From the NCBI GenBank assembly GCA_031835245.2, contig JAVKOQ020000014.1:62001-126000 (forward strand): a DNA stretch of 64,000 nt. Reading direction: 5' to 3'. This DNA comes from Balamuthia mandrillaris (taxonomy: Eukaryota). Each line of letters starts with the position of its first letter. The stretch's first letter is position 1. Under the pieces are notes generated by a model. It saw only the letters and a list, made by a program, of their open reading frames with translations, had not been told where the DNA came from and did not search any database. This document shows, in pieces, positions 39,465-52,168 of the stretch. A program made the translations under genes and the position numbers.

Positions 39465-41326
39465 TTATTTATAATGTGCATACTTCAAGAAAATAAGCAT
39501 ATTAACAAGCTTAGGCGAGAGTGTTGAACGATCTGGAAAGAGAATGTGACCTGCAAGAGAGAAGACTCTTTCAGCTTGAGCTGAAGAAGTCGCAGGAATT
39601 GCAAAAAACTTGGCTGCCACTTTGGAGAGAAACGGATAGGTCTGTGAATGAGATAGCCACCAACCATAAGGGTCACCGGAGGGATCAAGGACTTGGCCAG
39701 AGAGAAATGCCTCCCATTCGCGTTGTAGTTGTGAGTTGCTTGGTTGAGTTGTTGTTATTTGTGTATCTGTTGGAAACAACATGTCAACCCAACTCTTTTT
39801 TGAGGATGGGACGGTTGGTCTTGGAGTTGGAGTGGATGTAAGGCCGCACTGAAGGATCTTTTGTTGAACGCGCATTGCAATTGGAGCAGGCCAAAATTTG
39901 AGTTGATGAAAACGCGGGTCAAGTGCTGTTGCCATAGCGGCGGATGTTTCAAAGTAGTAGGTGATTGCCTCAAAAACATGTGTTTGTAGACGTGACACAA
40001 GGTTGCTGAGAATTGGTTGAGAAGGGAAGGGTGATGCCTGAAGGTAGTTGTAGTAGTATGAAAGTAACGCAGGTAGAATGATAGAAATGGAGGAATTGGG
40101 GGATTGAATGTCTGTAGTTAAGGTGGCCAACGGTTCTAACAGCGTCTTCACTTGCTCCAACAACTCCCATTCAGCACTCTCCAGGAGCAAATCTTCCCGT
40201 CCATGCTTGTGTAATACCTGAAGAAGGCCGTTACGTGCTTTGAGAAGGCGACGAAACATTTCAAAGGTGCTATTCCATCGCGTTGTGTTTTCTTGAACAA
40301 GCGCGTGGAACTTCTTCTTTTCTTTCTTTAGATGGTCACGGAGGTCTAAGTCTGCTTTGGAGCTGTGGTTGAAGAAGGTGACAAGGGCCTTGCACTTGTC
40401 ATAAAGAGGTTGGATGGCAGGAATGGAATGGGTGATGATGAGGTGGAGTTTGTCAGCTGCGCAGTGTATATGCTCCACCGAAAGACGCCTTGCTGCTGCA
40501 AAAACATTGCTTGCTCCGTTTGCAACAACAAAAGTGTCCTCCAAAGAAAGCTTCCAATCACGGGAAATCTGGGTCAGAACTTTTTTAACGTTTATTGCAG
40601 TGTGCTCTGCTTCTTCAAAGACAGCCGCGCTGAGGACAACTGTCTTTGGTTGAAAAGTGGAAAGGGAGACGTAACGAAGGGTTACAGCAAGGTATGAGGC
40701 GTCCTTGTTTGGTGCAGTCCAGAAGTCATACGACAGTGCCTGTGATACCCGGTCTTCCTGCTGCAGCTCATGTTGAAGGCTCAAAAGTGTGGACGCATAC
40801 CTAGGGTAAACATGAGCATTTTTTCTTTAAAAAATAAAGCGCACACACCACAAAGAGACAAACAGAAAAGGAACAAGAGAGAAGAAGAAAACAGCAAACG
40901 ACGAAAAGGAAGGAAACCAAAAATTCCAAACCATTCTTTAATTTTCTTTTTCAAATCATCGCGTGTGACGGGCATTGCATGAGTGTCATCGCAGAACGAA
41001 AGAATCTTCTGAAATGGTTCGGCTTCCACCAAATGAAACGGAAGAGAGTTCAGCACCCAAAATTCGCAGATCGCATCCATGAGCTCCTCGGGGGCTTTCT
41101 TAGAGGTGGTTTCGGGATGCTGTGAACGGAGGTGGTTCAACAGGTTCGTTGTTGGCCCGTCGCTGTAACTCAGCTTTCTTTGGCAGTGGTTGCAGCGAAC
41201 CATCATCCCCTTTCCTTCTTTGGAAGGGGAGGCGTCCACAAAGTGTTGGAAGACACGCGATAGACGTCGCTTTTTCTTTGGTTCAGCCTCTTTTTCTTTT
41301 TCCTTCTCCCGCTGCGGTGCTTCCAT
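39465..41326 (-). mobile_element. hAT-superfamily transposase-derived gene (BED finger + RNase H-like core + dimerisation domain), 2 exons, 576 aa
   Basis: BED VRCNHC...TTNLLNHLRSQHP; LSYDFWT; TTRWNSTFEM; DPRF; WWLSHSQTYPFLSKVAAKFFAIPATSSAQAERVFS...RSTLSP; intron 40801-40931 joins KEW-YAST in frame. No TIRs recognised. Confidence 0.9.
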
Positions 41327-41337
41327 TCGCCCAGATT

Positions 41338-41387
<50 letters not shown>

Positions 41388-41683
41388 CGCTCTCTCTCGC
41401 CCTTCTCTCTCTCTCTCGCTCTCTCTTACTCTCTCTCTCCCCCTTTGTAACTGTTGTGACGACACGAAAGAAATACAGTAATACCAAACCAACCTCGTAG
41501 CAGGACGATGGAACTAATATAGACTTTTCGTGTCGACATGGAACAGCTGCTCCATGCTTCGAAAGAAATAAAAAAGGCCAAACAAAAGAAAAGGATCCTT
41601 CCAAAAGCAAAATAGGGTGGTGCTTTTTTTGTTGGTTGGTTGATTGATTGATTGATTGCAGGCGTTTTTTCGTGTGACACAAC

Positions 41684-43208
41684 ATGTTTGGGCGTAACTT
41701 GTTCATGGGACAAAGGTCTTCTGGGCTTGCCTTGTCTGCCACTCGATCTTATTCTTCTCCAGTGCGTTACTTCATTTCTCTCTCCTCTCTTGCTCTCTCT
41801 CTCTCTCTCTCTCTCTCTCTTGCTCTCTCTCTCTCTTGCTCTCTCTCTCTCTCTCTCTCTTGCTCTCTCTCTCTCTCTCCCTCTCAGCTTCTCTCTCTCC
41901 CCTCTTCTCATCCTTTTCATCGTTCTCTTCTTTTGCTTCGTCTCAGTGGAGCAAAGAACTACTTCAACGAGGCTACAGAGCTCTGGTCATAGGTGAGCAC
42001 AGCCCTGCAGGCCTCAACGACAGCACACTTGCCTCCGTCACGGCCGCCTCCAAGGCCATCACCAAGCAAGCAGAGGGCGTGGACCTCTTCCTGGCCGGCA
42101 AGGAGGTCAACGAAAAGACCTTGAAGGAGGCCGCCTCCATCGAGGGAGTGTCCAAAGTGTTGGTCGGCAGGTCGCCCTCCTTTGAGCACCTCCTCCCTGA
42201 GGACCTTTGCGCCTTCCTCCTGAAGCACCACTCTAAGCACGCTGGTCAGTACTCTCACTACTTGGCCGCCTCGACCACGCTGGGCAAGAGCTTGATCCCG
42301 AGGCTGGCCGCTCTGTTGGACGTCTCCGCGGTGTCCGACATTATTGGCGTGGAGGATGAGAATACCTTCCGGAGGCCCATTTATGCGGGCAATGCTATTG
42401 CCACCGTTCGCTCTGAGGATAAGATCAAGGTAACGACTCTCTTCTCTCTCTTATGCTCTTTCTAGTGTCTTAGTCGTTGTTCTCTCTATTCTCTCTTTAC
42501 TCGCTTTAATGTATTTCTTGTTGCTCTTCTCCTGTCTTTCTTCGCTCTCTCTCACTCTCTCTCACTCTCTCTCACTCTCTCTCATTGTAGGTGTTGACAG
42601 TAAGAGGCACAGCATTCGAGAAAGCAGCACTGGGCAAGGGCAACGCCACAGTGGAAGAGGTGAGCTACGATGATTTTGTGACCGGCCTTTCCTCGTGGCA
42701 AAGCGAGGAGCTGCAACGCTCCGCCAGACCTGAGCTTTCCAGCGCTTCCATCGTTGTCTCTGGTGGTCGTGGTGTGAAGAGCAAGGAGAACTTTGCTTTG
42801 ATCGAAAAGCTAGCTGATAGACTTGGCGCTGCAGGTATGCTTTTGTCTCTTTTCGTTATTCCATCCTTGCGTTTGTCTCTTTGTTTTTTCTGTTCTCTTT
42901 TGAATGAAACACAAACTAAACGTTTTTAAAAAGTGGGAGCCTCAAGAGCAGCAGTGGATGCAGGCTATGCGCCAAACGACTGGCAAGTGGGCCAAACCGG
43001 CAAGGTGGTAGCTCCTCAGCTGTACATAGCAGTCGGCATCTCTGGACAGATCCAACATTTGGCCGGAATGAAGGACAGCAAAGTCATCGTCGCCATCAAC
43101 AACAACGCCGATGCCCCTATCTTCCAAGTGGCGGACTATGGTCTCGTGGAAGATTTATTCAAGGCAGTGCCTGAACTTGTAGAGAAGTTGCCTGCTCAAC
43201 AAGCCTAA
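41684..43208 (+). CDS. ETFA: Electron transfer flavoprotein alpha subunit, mitochondrial (4 exons)
   Basis: Presequence [65 protein letters not shown]...[33 protein letters not shown]. Confidence 0.97.
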
Positions 43209-43325
43209 ATAACTTTTGTTTGTTGTTACTGTCCTTCTCGCTCCATCCTTTTGTTTGATCTTTTTTTTTTTTTGTTTCCTTGTTGTGTTGTTCCGTTGAA
43301 GAAAGCAGCTCTCTCTTTTATTTTT

Positions 43326-46300
43326 TTAGTTGAAAGGGGTCTTGCAAAGAGGACAATCGGTGTTGTGAGAAATTCGGATCCACTTGTACATGCACTCTGA
43401 GTGGAACTTGTTGTGACAGGTCTTGCAGGCCAAACGAGGCAGCGAATAAGTCGTGGAATGGAATACTATTTTTTTTGTTTCAAGGAGATAGCATGTTATT
43501 TTTGGTGGTGGAGATAAAGGTATGGAGAATACGTACGCGAATAACAAATGGGGCAGACTTCAACTCCTTCAAAGTGTTTATCCATGTTTTGTTTCCACAA
43601 CAAAACTGCATCCAAGATGAAACCGTCCTATTATCGTCATTATTATTTAAAATTACAGTTAAAAATTTACTTCAAAAGAAAGAAATATGAGGAGAGAGAC
43701 TTGAGTGATGAACAAAGTGGTCATGGAGAGCATCCATTTTCTCCAAAGAGCTTCGCTGATACCAAGCCGCTTAACGCAGTCTATCTCCACCGTTCGTAAT
43801 GGGTACGATAACGGCAATCGTATCACAACTGCAAAATAGCAGTTTTTTTTTAAAAGGAAATGGAGTGAGAAAACCACAACAACGAAAAGACTGCGAGAAA
43901 GAGAGTGGAGTCGTACTCGTCATGGACATATCGTCTTTCTCATAGGTGGCAGTGACCTCTCTGGTGACTTTACTGCCTCTCACGCTAAAGTTTTCGTCTT
44001 CGCTAGTGTAGTTGCTGACGGTCGCCAATTCGTTCTCAATAAGCAAAGGACTAAAGTTCTTTGTAGTGAATTTGTCCACCAACGCGCTCGCGTTTCTGTC
44101 ACATTCGTCCGTCCACCAGAGGCGAACCAACACAGGTAGCGTTTGCAGGATGCGCAGATACAAATGAGAGGCATACTGGGTAAACGAATCGCTTTTGGTG
44201 TTGTTGAAATCTGTTTGCAAGAAGTTAAGATACGGAAGCGATCATTGCGGTAACAGCGGCAAGAGAACAAAAGAGAGCGAACCTGTGGCAATCTTCCAGT
44301 GGAAAGGATCTCCAGAGAAAGAAGGACGAGTGGTCAGAAGGTCAATATGTTCAAAGAGAGTGCCCATCGCGTACGAGATATTCTTCGTGGAACGAAGATA
44401 GGCTCCAACCTCGGAGCAATAGGCCGATCCTTTGATGAGAAGACGATCCAAAAGAAGTGACCAACCCAAAAAGTAAGCAACGCGACGGTGATGATTAACA
44501 TTCTTCTCTTCTTCCCGCTCGACGAAACTAGGAGGCGGATTCTCTATTATCAACCGAAGGGGTTCTGGAATGGGACAAGAAGAAGACGCAGCCCTTTCGG
44601 TTCTGCCTGCCACCAGATGCTCTTCTTCTGCTTCTTCTTGAGCAGCAGCTCGTTGTCCTCCATTTTGTTCACCTTTTTCTTCAATCATGAGAGAGTGGAG
44701 CAACAAGCGATACGCTGTTTTTTGAACACAGAGTTCGTCGTATTGCAACAGCGTGTATAATTGTTGGGTGCTCTGTAGATTTTTAATAGTATTTATAAGT
44801 GATGAAGAAGAGAGGGAAGGGAAAAGAAATGAAAGCCAGAACAACGAGAGAGAGACACAGAAGGAGAGACGAACCTGTTGTAGCCCAGTCCAAGAGCACA
44901 ACAAGGAGGAAGGTGCGTCTCGAATGGTATCGTGTATGCATTGAAGCAAACTATCAGGAAAGAATCTCCCGTTGCTCGTTCTTAACTCTTCGGCTGGCAA
45001 TGCAATATGAGTAACAGAAAAACAAAAGAACAAAGAGTTAGGAGGTCTTACTGCTGGTAAAAAGAGCCAAGATATTTGATAACGTGGCAGAATAAAAGTC
45101 GTTCCAAGATGAATCTGTTTCTTCTTTCTCTTTTTCTTCGTCATTGTTGGAGGTGCCTTCTTGTTGATGTTGTTTGAGTTGTGAGAGAAGAAGCAATGCC
45201 CAATACTCAAGTTCACATAGGAACGAAAGAAGAGGCACCTCTTCATCTTTCTTCAATAATGCTTCCTTCATTACAGCGGAAGCATAGTTCTGAATGGAAA
45301 GCACAAACGAAAAGAGATCCTTAGAAGAAGATGAGGAAGAGGAGGCAGAAAGAAGAAGCTGTGGTTGCAAGCGAGCAATGTCGACAGTCAGCTTGGATGT
45401 TGCTATACGTAGCCGAAGGCCTTCCTCCAAGTAATTAGAAGAGGTTAGAGGAAAGTCTCCTCCTAATGAGAACAACCGAAGTAAATACGTTGCACATTCT
45501 GCCAATTCCTCATCGCTGTTTTTCGTTGTTGTTGGTGAAGAATTTGTGTTTTCAGCGAAGATGCTGTGCAACAATTCGAGTGTTCTTCTCAGTTGAGTCG
45601 CTTTTTGAGTAAGAGTGAGAATTTTTTTAAAAAAAGAAAAGTTGAAAAAGCTAGATAGAAAAGGGGTGAAGAAGGACCTGTTGTCAAGTCTTCAGAAAGC
45701 TTTCTATTGATAATACCCGCAGTTAGCTTGAATTGCATTTGACAGAGACTTTTCCGTAAGGAAGAAAGCTGCTGCCAGGCCAACCCGGATGTAACAGCAA
45801 AGATCGCTTGCAGCGTAAACACAGTTTCATCTGAGTCTAGACATTCGTTGATTGCTTTAAAAAAGAATTAATAAAGGGTAGGACGAAAAAAAAAACAAAA
45901 GAAAATGAGAACGAGAAAAGAAGTACATCGAGGAAGAACATGAGCATCCAAAATCCGGTTCAGCAACTGGTTGTCAATGCTCGCGGTAGCGGAAAATACA
46001 TTCCGCAGCAAATACAACAGCACAACAGCGTGATTGTATCCTTTCTCAAAGGATCGTTCGCACGTTTTCGAAACGCATTCCGCCAATACCTTATGAGCCA
46101 GGCCTTCTTTCTCTTCTTCATGTTTGGTGAGAAAAGTGAGCAAAGCTTTGGCGGTATTGAGAGCAGCAGAGCGAACAGAAGCAACAACGGCGCCATCCAA
46201 ATGGAAATAAGCCGCTGAGAGCAAACGAACTACTAACTGAGCGCAGGATGAAGGTGGCACAACGTTTTCAGAAAAGCCGAAGAAGAAAGCTTGAGAGCCG

Positions 46301-49300
46301 AGAAGATGAAGTAGATGTGACACAAACAGGAAGGCACGAGTGTAGTCTTGTGGGGGAGCGTTACAGTGATCATCATTCTCTTTCTTTAACATTTTGTTAC
46401 TCGCGCATCGACATCTCCACTTGCGAGAATCAAAGAGCCCTTCTGGCACATTTATTCCGGTTGTCTCAAGGCAGATTCGTTTCGTGGCTACCTCTTCAGC
46501 TTGTTCCCACCAAGCGTCATCGTTGTTGTGGATGAAAGCAAAGATGGAAAGAAGTTTGGCGTAGAAGTTAGCGTTATCCGAAGTATCGGGTCTGGTTTGT
46601 GCTAGATTCAAGAGTTCAACCGCAGCTTCTGCCAGTTGCGTTGCGCTAGTTTGAACGCATGTACTCACTTAGCACTGTAAAATTCTAGAAAAGAGAGAGA
46701 CAAAGAGAGGCAGATGTACCTGAAAGACGCGGAACCTTGTAATACATCAAGAGCGAGAGCTTTGGCCATGTTCTCCAGATCAGAGAGTGATGCTGCATTC
46801 CAAAACAAGGGACGCACATCACTCCACGCTTGACTCGCTGCTTGAACAATGCCTTTTACGGTTGTCGTTGGGCCAATAGTCTCATCAACCAAAACAATGC
46901 GTCGATGCTTGAAAAGGACTGAGAAGAGGTTAGCTTTGAGGGAGGGAGCTGAGGAAGAAGCTTCTTCCTTCGTTTTGCTGCAAGCGAGGAGAATGGCAGA
47001 CACAGCAGATAAAGCATGCGTAACGATGAGAGCTTCTTTGCTGGTTACGGTAGTGGAGTAACAGCGTTCGTAACTATCTTCAAGAAACGCGACCAGCTCT
47101 GTGAGTAATCGCATTTGACATTCACCGCTGACCAAAGTTGTTTCTAATTTGACGGATTAAAAGTAAAGGAGGTGCAATAAGAGAAAGAGCAAAGAACCAG
47201 TGAAATGAAAGAGACAGAGCAAAAAAGAAAGGGGGTAATAAGCTTTTATACGTACGTTGAGCAGTTCCACCCCTGATAAGGAATTGCAGGACATCGCTTT
47301 TAGCAACGCTAACTGCTCTTTCTTCTTCACTCGCCTTTGACCAAGATATCACAATGGATAGCGCAGTCACATCTAGCTGTTTGTTTCTAAACATTTCTCC
47401 GTTGGTCTCATCCACAAGCTAAAAGAAGAACAGCCATAAGTTATTACCTCCCATCCGAAACGAAAGAAAGTCAAGAAAACAAACCTTGCTCAACACTACG
47501 TGAAGAACAGGATAGAAAGCAGAGGGTGGGAGCTTATCGCGAGACACCGTTTGAAGAAGTTCTGTCCAAACTTCCTTCCATTGCTCCGGTGCGTTCAGCA
47601 GCAAAAAGCCAGAGTAGGCCCGTAACATGTCTAACAGATAACACAAATGCTTATACCAAACTTTGTCCGTTGGATGGGCATCTACCAGAAGGGTAGATAA
47701 CCATACTCGAAGATAATCCTTCCAACACGTTTCTTCATTTTCTTTCTGCACAAAGATTGATGTGAAAATGGTGGAAGGAAAAGATGATGATAAGCGAGCA
47801 AGTAGTTGAAGATAAGGCAACAGCGCAGAAGGTCCCTCCTTTTGCTCTATTTCTTCAGTTGGAGCTGTTCGCGTTGTTTGGCTGAGAAGGAAGGATAGCT
47901 CTGTAGTGCATGAGACGGCGAATTTGCCTAGCTCTTCTACAAATGTTACTACTGGACTGTTTTTACATTCATTCTGAGATGATACAGAAAAGAAAACAGC
48001 AAAAGAAAGAACAAAGCAAAGAATAAACCGAAAGGAAAATAAGCGGGTTAGTTCATTTTTTTGAGCCTTTGAAAAATGCTAAACGCTTACCAATAAACCA
48101 AGAAAAGACGATAGCCGGGTACAGTACAATTCAAAATCTACAGTAGTGTCTTGTCTCTTCAATACTTTGTCACTTAGTTCCAATAATTTGGCCCAAAACC
48201 GAGGAAGAGCATCTTTATATTTTGTTGTAGTGATTGCCTATTTGTTAGCAAAGCAAAAGAAAGAAGAAAAGAAAAAGAGTTACCAGAAGGTGAAGAAGGT
48301 GGACGACGTTCAAGGGTCATAAATGTATTGGCGAGGGTCTTGGCGAGCGTTTGCGGTGGCTCTTTCTCGGTCATGTAGTGAACGAGAGCATCGTAGATCA
48401 CGTTTTCCAAAATGAAGACGGTCACTGCGCTGTTTGTAGGAGTTTTTTCTTGTTCCTCTTCTTTTTCCTTTTCTTCGGCTTCTTGTTTGGCGTTGCTGTG
48501 TAAAAGGAGAGCAGAGAGCAAAGAGATAAGAACTTGGAAATGAGAAGCGAAAAAAAAAAAGAGATATTACGTTTTGCCAATACAGAACATGGCACATTCA
48601 ACATAGGCTTTAACCAAAAAGGGAGAAGTGGAGGTAGAAATAGATTCGCTCTGTAAACCCTTCCACAAGTTGCTAAAGAACTCTTTGTAAAAATCAGTGG
48701 TTGTTCCAATTTCCTGTTATTCGTAAAATAAACTCAGAATGTTACGAAAATTTGATTTTAAAAAAACAAGTTTGCTTTACCTCTGCTGGAATCAAACTAA
48801 GGAAAGGAAGAAGACTAGGATAGGAAGAAGAAGCAGAGCCGAACGTTCCTCCTCGAAGGAAAGTCCACAAACGTGGCCAAACGTGTTTTCGTGGGTTCAC
48901 CTGCTTCCAACTTTGTGGAAACCCTATCGTCAATGACAGAGAGAGAGGTAAGCGTGAACGTTTCTCAAAACATATTCGGGAGAAGTAGTACGTTTGAGGA
49001 AGGTTAACAAGCAAGTCCACATATAAGGATGGACGACGCTTTCCTTCTCACTGAAAGATCCCAAAACGATCGAACTTAATGGTTGGAGATTCTGTTCTAC
49101 GAGTTCTTTGTTTCGTTGTGGTAAAGTCAATAAGGGCAAAAGGCAGAGAGTAAATTTTGGTACATACCAGGGACACGAGAACAGAGTGTGGTAAGGAGTT
49201 GGTATGCAGCGATGCGGATGGGAGTGTGCTTGGAACTGCAAAACTGCCAAAACTTGGCGTTAAGCATGCCATTTAACTGCTCACTGATCTTGCTGCAGTC

Positions 49301-50592
49301 CTCGGCAGAAATTGTTTCTGTAAAGAAAGAAAAGGAGAACGACAGTCATATATTATGCAAGATTGATGCATCTAAAAGGGTTATTGCGTTGCTCCGAAAT
49401 AGTACCTATCATATACCGCAGAGCCAAAATAGAGGACGAGATCACTCTCTCGTATTTCTCAGTGACTAGTATTGCTGGCACCTGGCTGGCACCTTGTGAA
49501 GACGTACAAATCTCAAATCAGTTTTCTTCAAGGAGAAAGGAGAGAGGAGAGAACGTACCTCCAATAGTGTTTATGGTGTGCGCAAAGTTCTCTTGCAAAC
49601 GAGAAAGCAATTCGTCCTTACAGAACATAATTGCTTCTCCATGTTTACGTTCAGCGATGGCCGCCCGGAAGGCCTTTTGAGCATTATTGCTAGCCTCTTT
49701 GCACGGATCGAACTGTGCACAAAGCCACGCCGTCTGTCATTACGGTCATTATCGTTGTAACAAACGAAACGAGTACTGCGAAGAAAGAAAGGAAGGAAGG
49801 AAACGAAAAAAGAAAGAGCAAAAAAGAACGGTTTTGTGGAGAAGCGTACGATCATGGGCTTGAGTGATGGAGCCATTTTTTTCTTGGCAACAGGGACAAG
49901 AGACAACAGAGTTGCGAATGTGGCCACCCTCACTGGTGCATCATAGTCCTTTTAGAAAATATATATGCGTTTTGTTGAGAACAAGAACAGCGAAACAGAG
50001 AAGAGAAAGGCGAAAGGGAAGAGAGCACAAGAGAAGAGGAAGAAAAGACTGTGGAGAGACAAGAGAATAAAGGAGAGAAGGCGGAACCGAGACAAGAATA
50101 AACAAAGAGAGAGAGAGAGCTCAGAGAACGTGTAAATAGGAAGAAGAAAGCTAGGAAACAACTAACGTCAGCCAAACGAAGAAAGGCAGGGACCCAACTG
50201 GCAAGCACCGGCTCCACCTGCTCAGGCGTGAGCGTGGCGAAGAGGTCTTTCAGCTCTTTGAGACCTTTGAGCTTGGTGGTGGTGTCCTTCTTCGCCAGCT
50301 TCTTCAGCGCCAGTTGGTACTCGGGGCTCAGCGTGCTCTTTTGTTTGTATCAAATAGGAGATGAGCACGAAGCTGAAAACTGTAGTCTTGGTTGTACTTT
50401 ACCTCTGCTTCAGGAGTAGCGCGTTGAAAGCCACGACTGAAGCCACGATAGCCTTCGCCTACCAACGCTGCTGCCTTGCTATTATTATTCCATCATCGGT
50501 GCGACACCAAAAAGTCATTCTCGAGTTTTATGCAAAAATTGATGGAAGAAGGGTTACCTGCTACTCGCTCCCTTGCCTTTCTTGTTCTGCAT
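43326..50592 (-). CDS. LTN1: E3 ubiquitin-protein ligase listerin (ribosome quality control), multi-exon
   Basis: N-terminus [17 protein letters not shown]...[41 protein letters not shown]-terminal RING ECPICY...[21 protein letters not shown]...CPLCK. Confidence 0.93.
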
Positions 50593-50881
50593 GAAGAGCA
50601 AACGTTCACAAATAACACTGAGGCAAACCAACAACAACAAAAGTGTTCAGCTTTTGATCAGATTTTGATTTCTGATTTGATTTTCTTTAATTTTTTTTTG
50701 TTTTCACTTATCTTTTTCTCACGTCGTCTTGAAAATTTCCTAGCCTCATATCTAAAAACCATCTTGTATTGCTCACCTAATCTGTTCAGAAAGATGATCT
50801 TAACAAGTGAAATTTCCGCGGATATCGACAAATTAAATTTCTTGTCGACAAACCATCGCATAATTTGAAGACGAGAAAAAA

Positions 50882-52047
50882 ATGAAGGGAGGAGGCAGCA
50901 ACACAACCACGGCGGCCGTGCTCAAGGAAAGGATCAAGGAACACTACAACGAGCTCTCCCCGTACTACCACGACCTCTGGGGGCGGCACATCCACCATGG
51001 CTACTGGGTCACTGGCAAGGAAACCAAGGAGGAGGCCCAAGTGCAGATGATGGAGGAGCTGGCCAGGAGGGCTGGCCTCTCTGCGGACAAGGAGCTCAAG
51101 ATCCTGGACGTTGGCTGCGGCGTAGGAGGGGGTTCCATTTTCTTGGCCAAACGCTTCAACGCTCACGTAACAGGTTTGTTGCTGTGTGTTACGATTGGTG
51201 CCCACCTCTATAGCGCCACCCCTATAGTGATGGTCTGATCTGTAATGATACTCTCTCTCTCTCACTCTCTCTTTCTCAATTTCAAAGGGATCACTCTCAG
51301 TCCTGTCCAAGCTGAAATGGCCAAACAAATAGCAACCAAAGAGAACGCCACTGACCTCACCACCTTCCACCAGCTCGACGCCGAACAACTGCAAGACCAC
51401 ATTCTTGCCTCTTCCTCCTCTTCTGACCCTTCTCAACGCTCCTCCATCACCCCCGCTTCGTCGGGCCTCAACTTTGAAGCAGGTTCCTTTGACGTCATTT
51501 GGATCTCAGAGGTGCTGTCGCACCTGTCCGACCGCGACCAGTTCTTCCGCAACAGCAACCGCCTGCTGCGTCGCGGCGGCCGCTTGGCCCTGGTCGGCTG
51601 GCTCAAAGCGGAGGGCCTGACTCCCGAGAAGGAGCAGCAGTACGTGCAGCCTATAGTGGAGGGCATGCTGCTCCCTTCCTTGTCCACCATGGCAGACTAC
51701 GAGAAGATGCTCCAGCACAACGGCTTTCGCGTAGTCTCTTTTGAAGACATCAGTGACCGCGTCTCCAAAACTTGGTAACCTTGCCTGAACTTCCCCTTCC
51801 TTCATTCTCTTCTCTTTGTTACCCATTTCTTATCTAACAAAAAACAAAAAGGGACATATGCTTGGATATAATAACCAATCCAACGCTTTGGAAGTTGGCG
51901 TTCACAAAGGGAGGCGACTTTATAGCTTTTCTGAAGGCCTTCAAGGCGATGCGTGCTGGCTTTGCCTCCAAGACCTTTGTCTACGGCATGTTGGTGGCCG
52001 AAAAGGAGGAGGAATGGTTCTGCAGGCCTCTTCCTGCTCGTTTCTGA
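50882..52047 (+). CDS. SAM-dependent methyltransferase, gamma-tocopherol methyltransferase-like family (3 exons)
   Basis: IKEHYNELSPYYHDLWGRHIHHGYW; motif I ILDVGCGVGG; GITLSPVQ; SFDVIWISEVLSHL; LLRRGGRLAL. Confidence 0.88.
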
Positions 52048-52168
52048 TCATCTAAATTATCGTCAAATTTCCGATGATATTTCCCAAAAAAGGATAAATT
52101 ATTTGATAAAAGTTAATTTTTTTCGATAAAAAGATCAACAATAAATCATCTCATAATTCGAAGAGAGC

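Noticed and set aside
38800..41700. Terminal inverted repeats and 8-bp TSD for the hAT element; LTRs for the Gypsy remnant
   Set aside because: None could be identified by eye, so element boundaries are not called.
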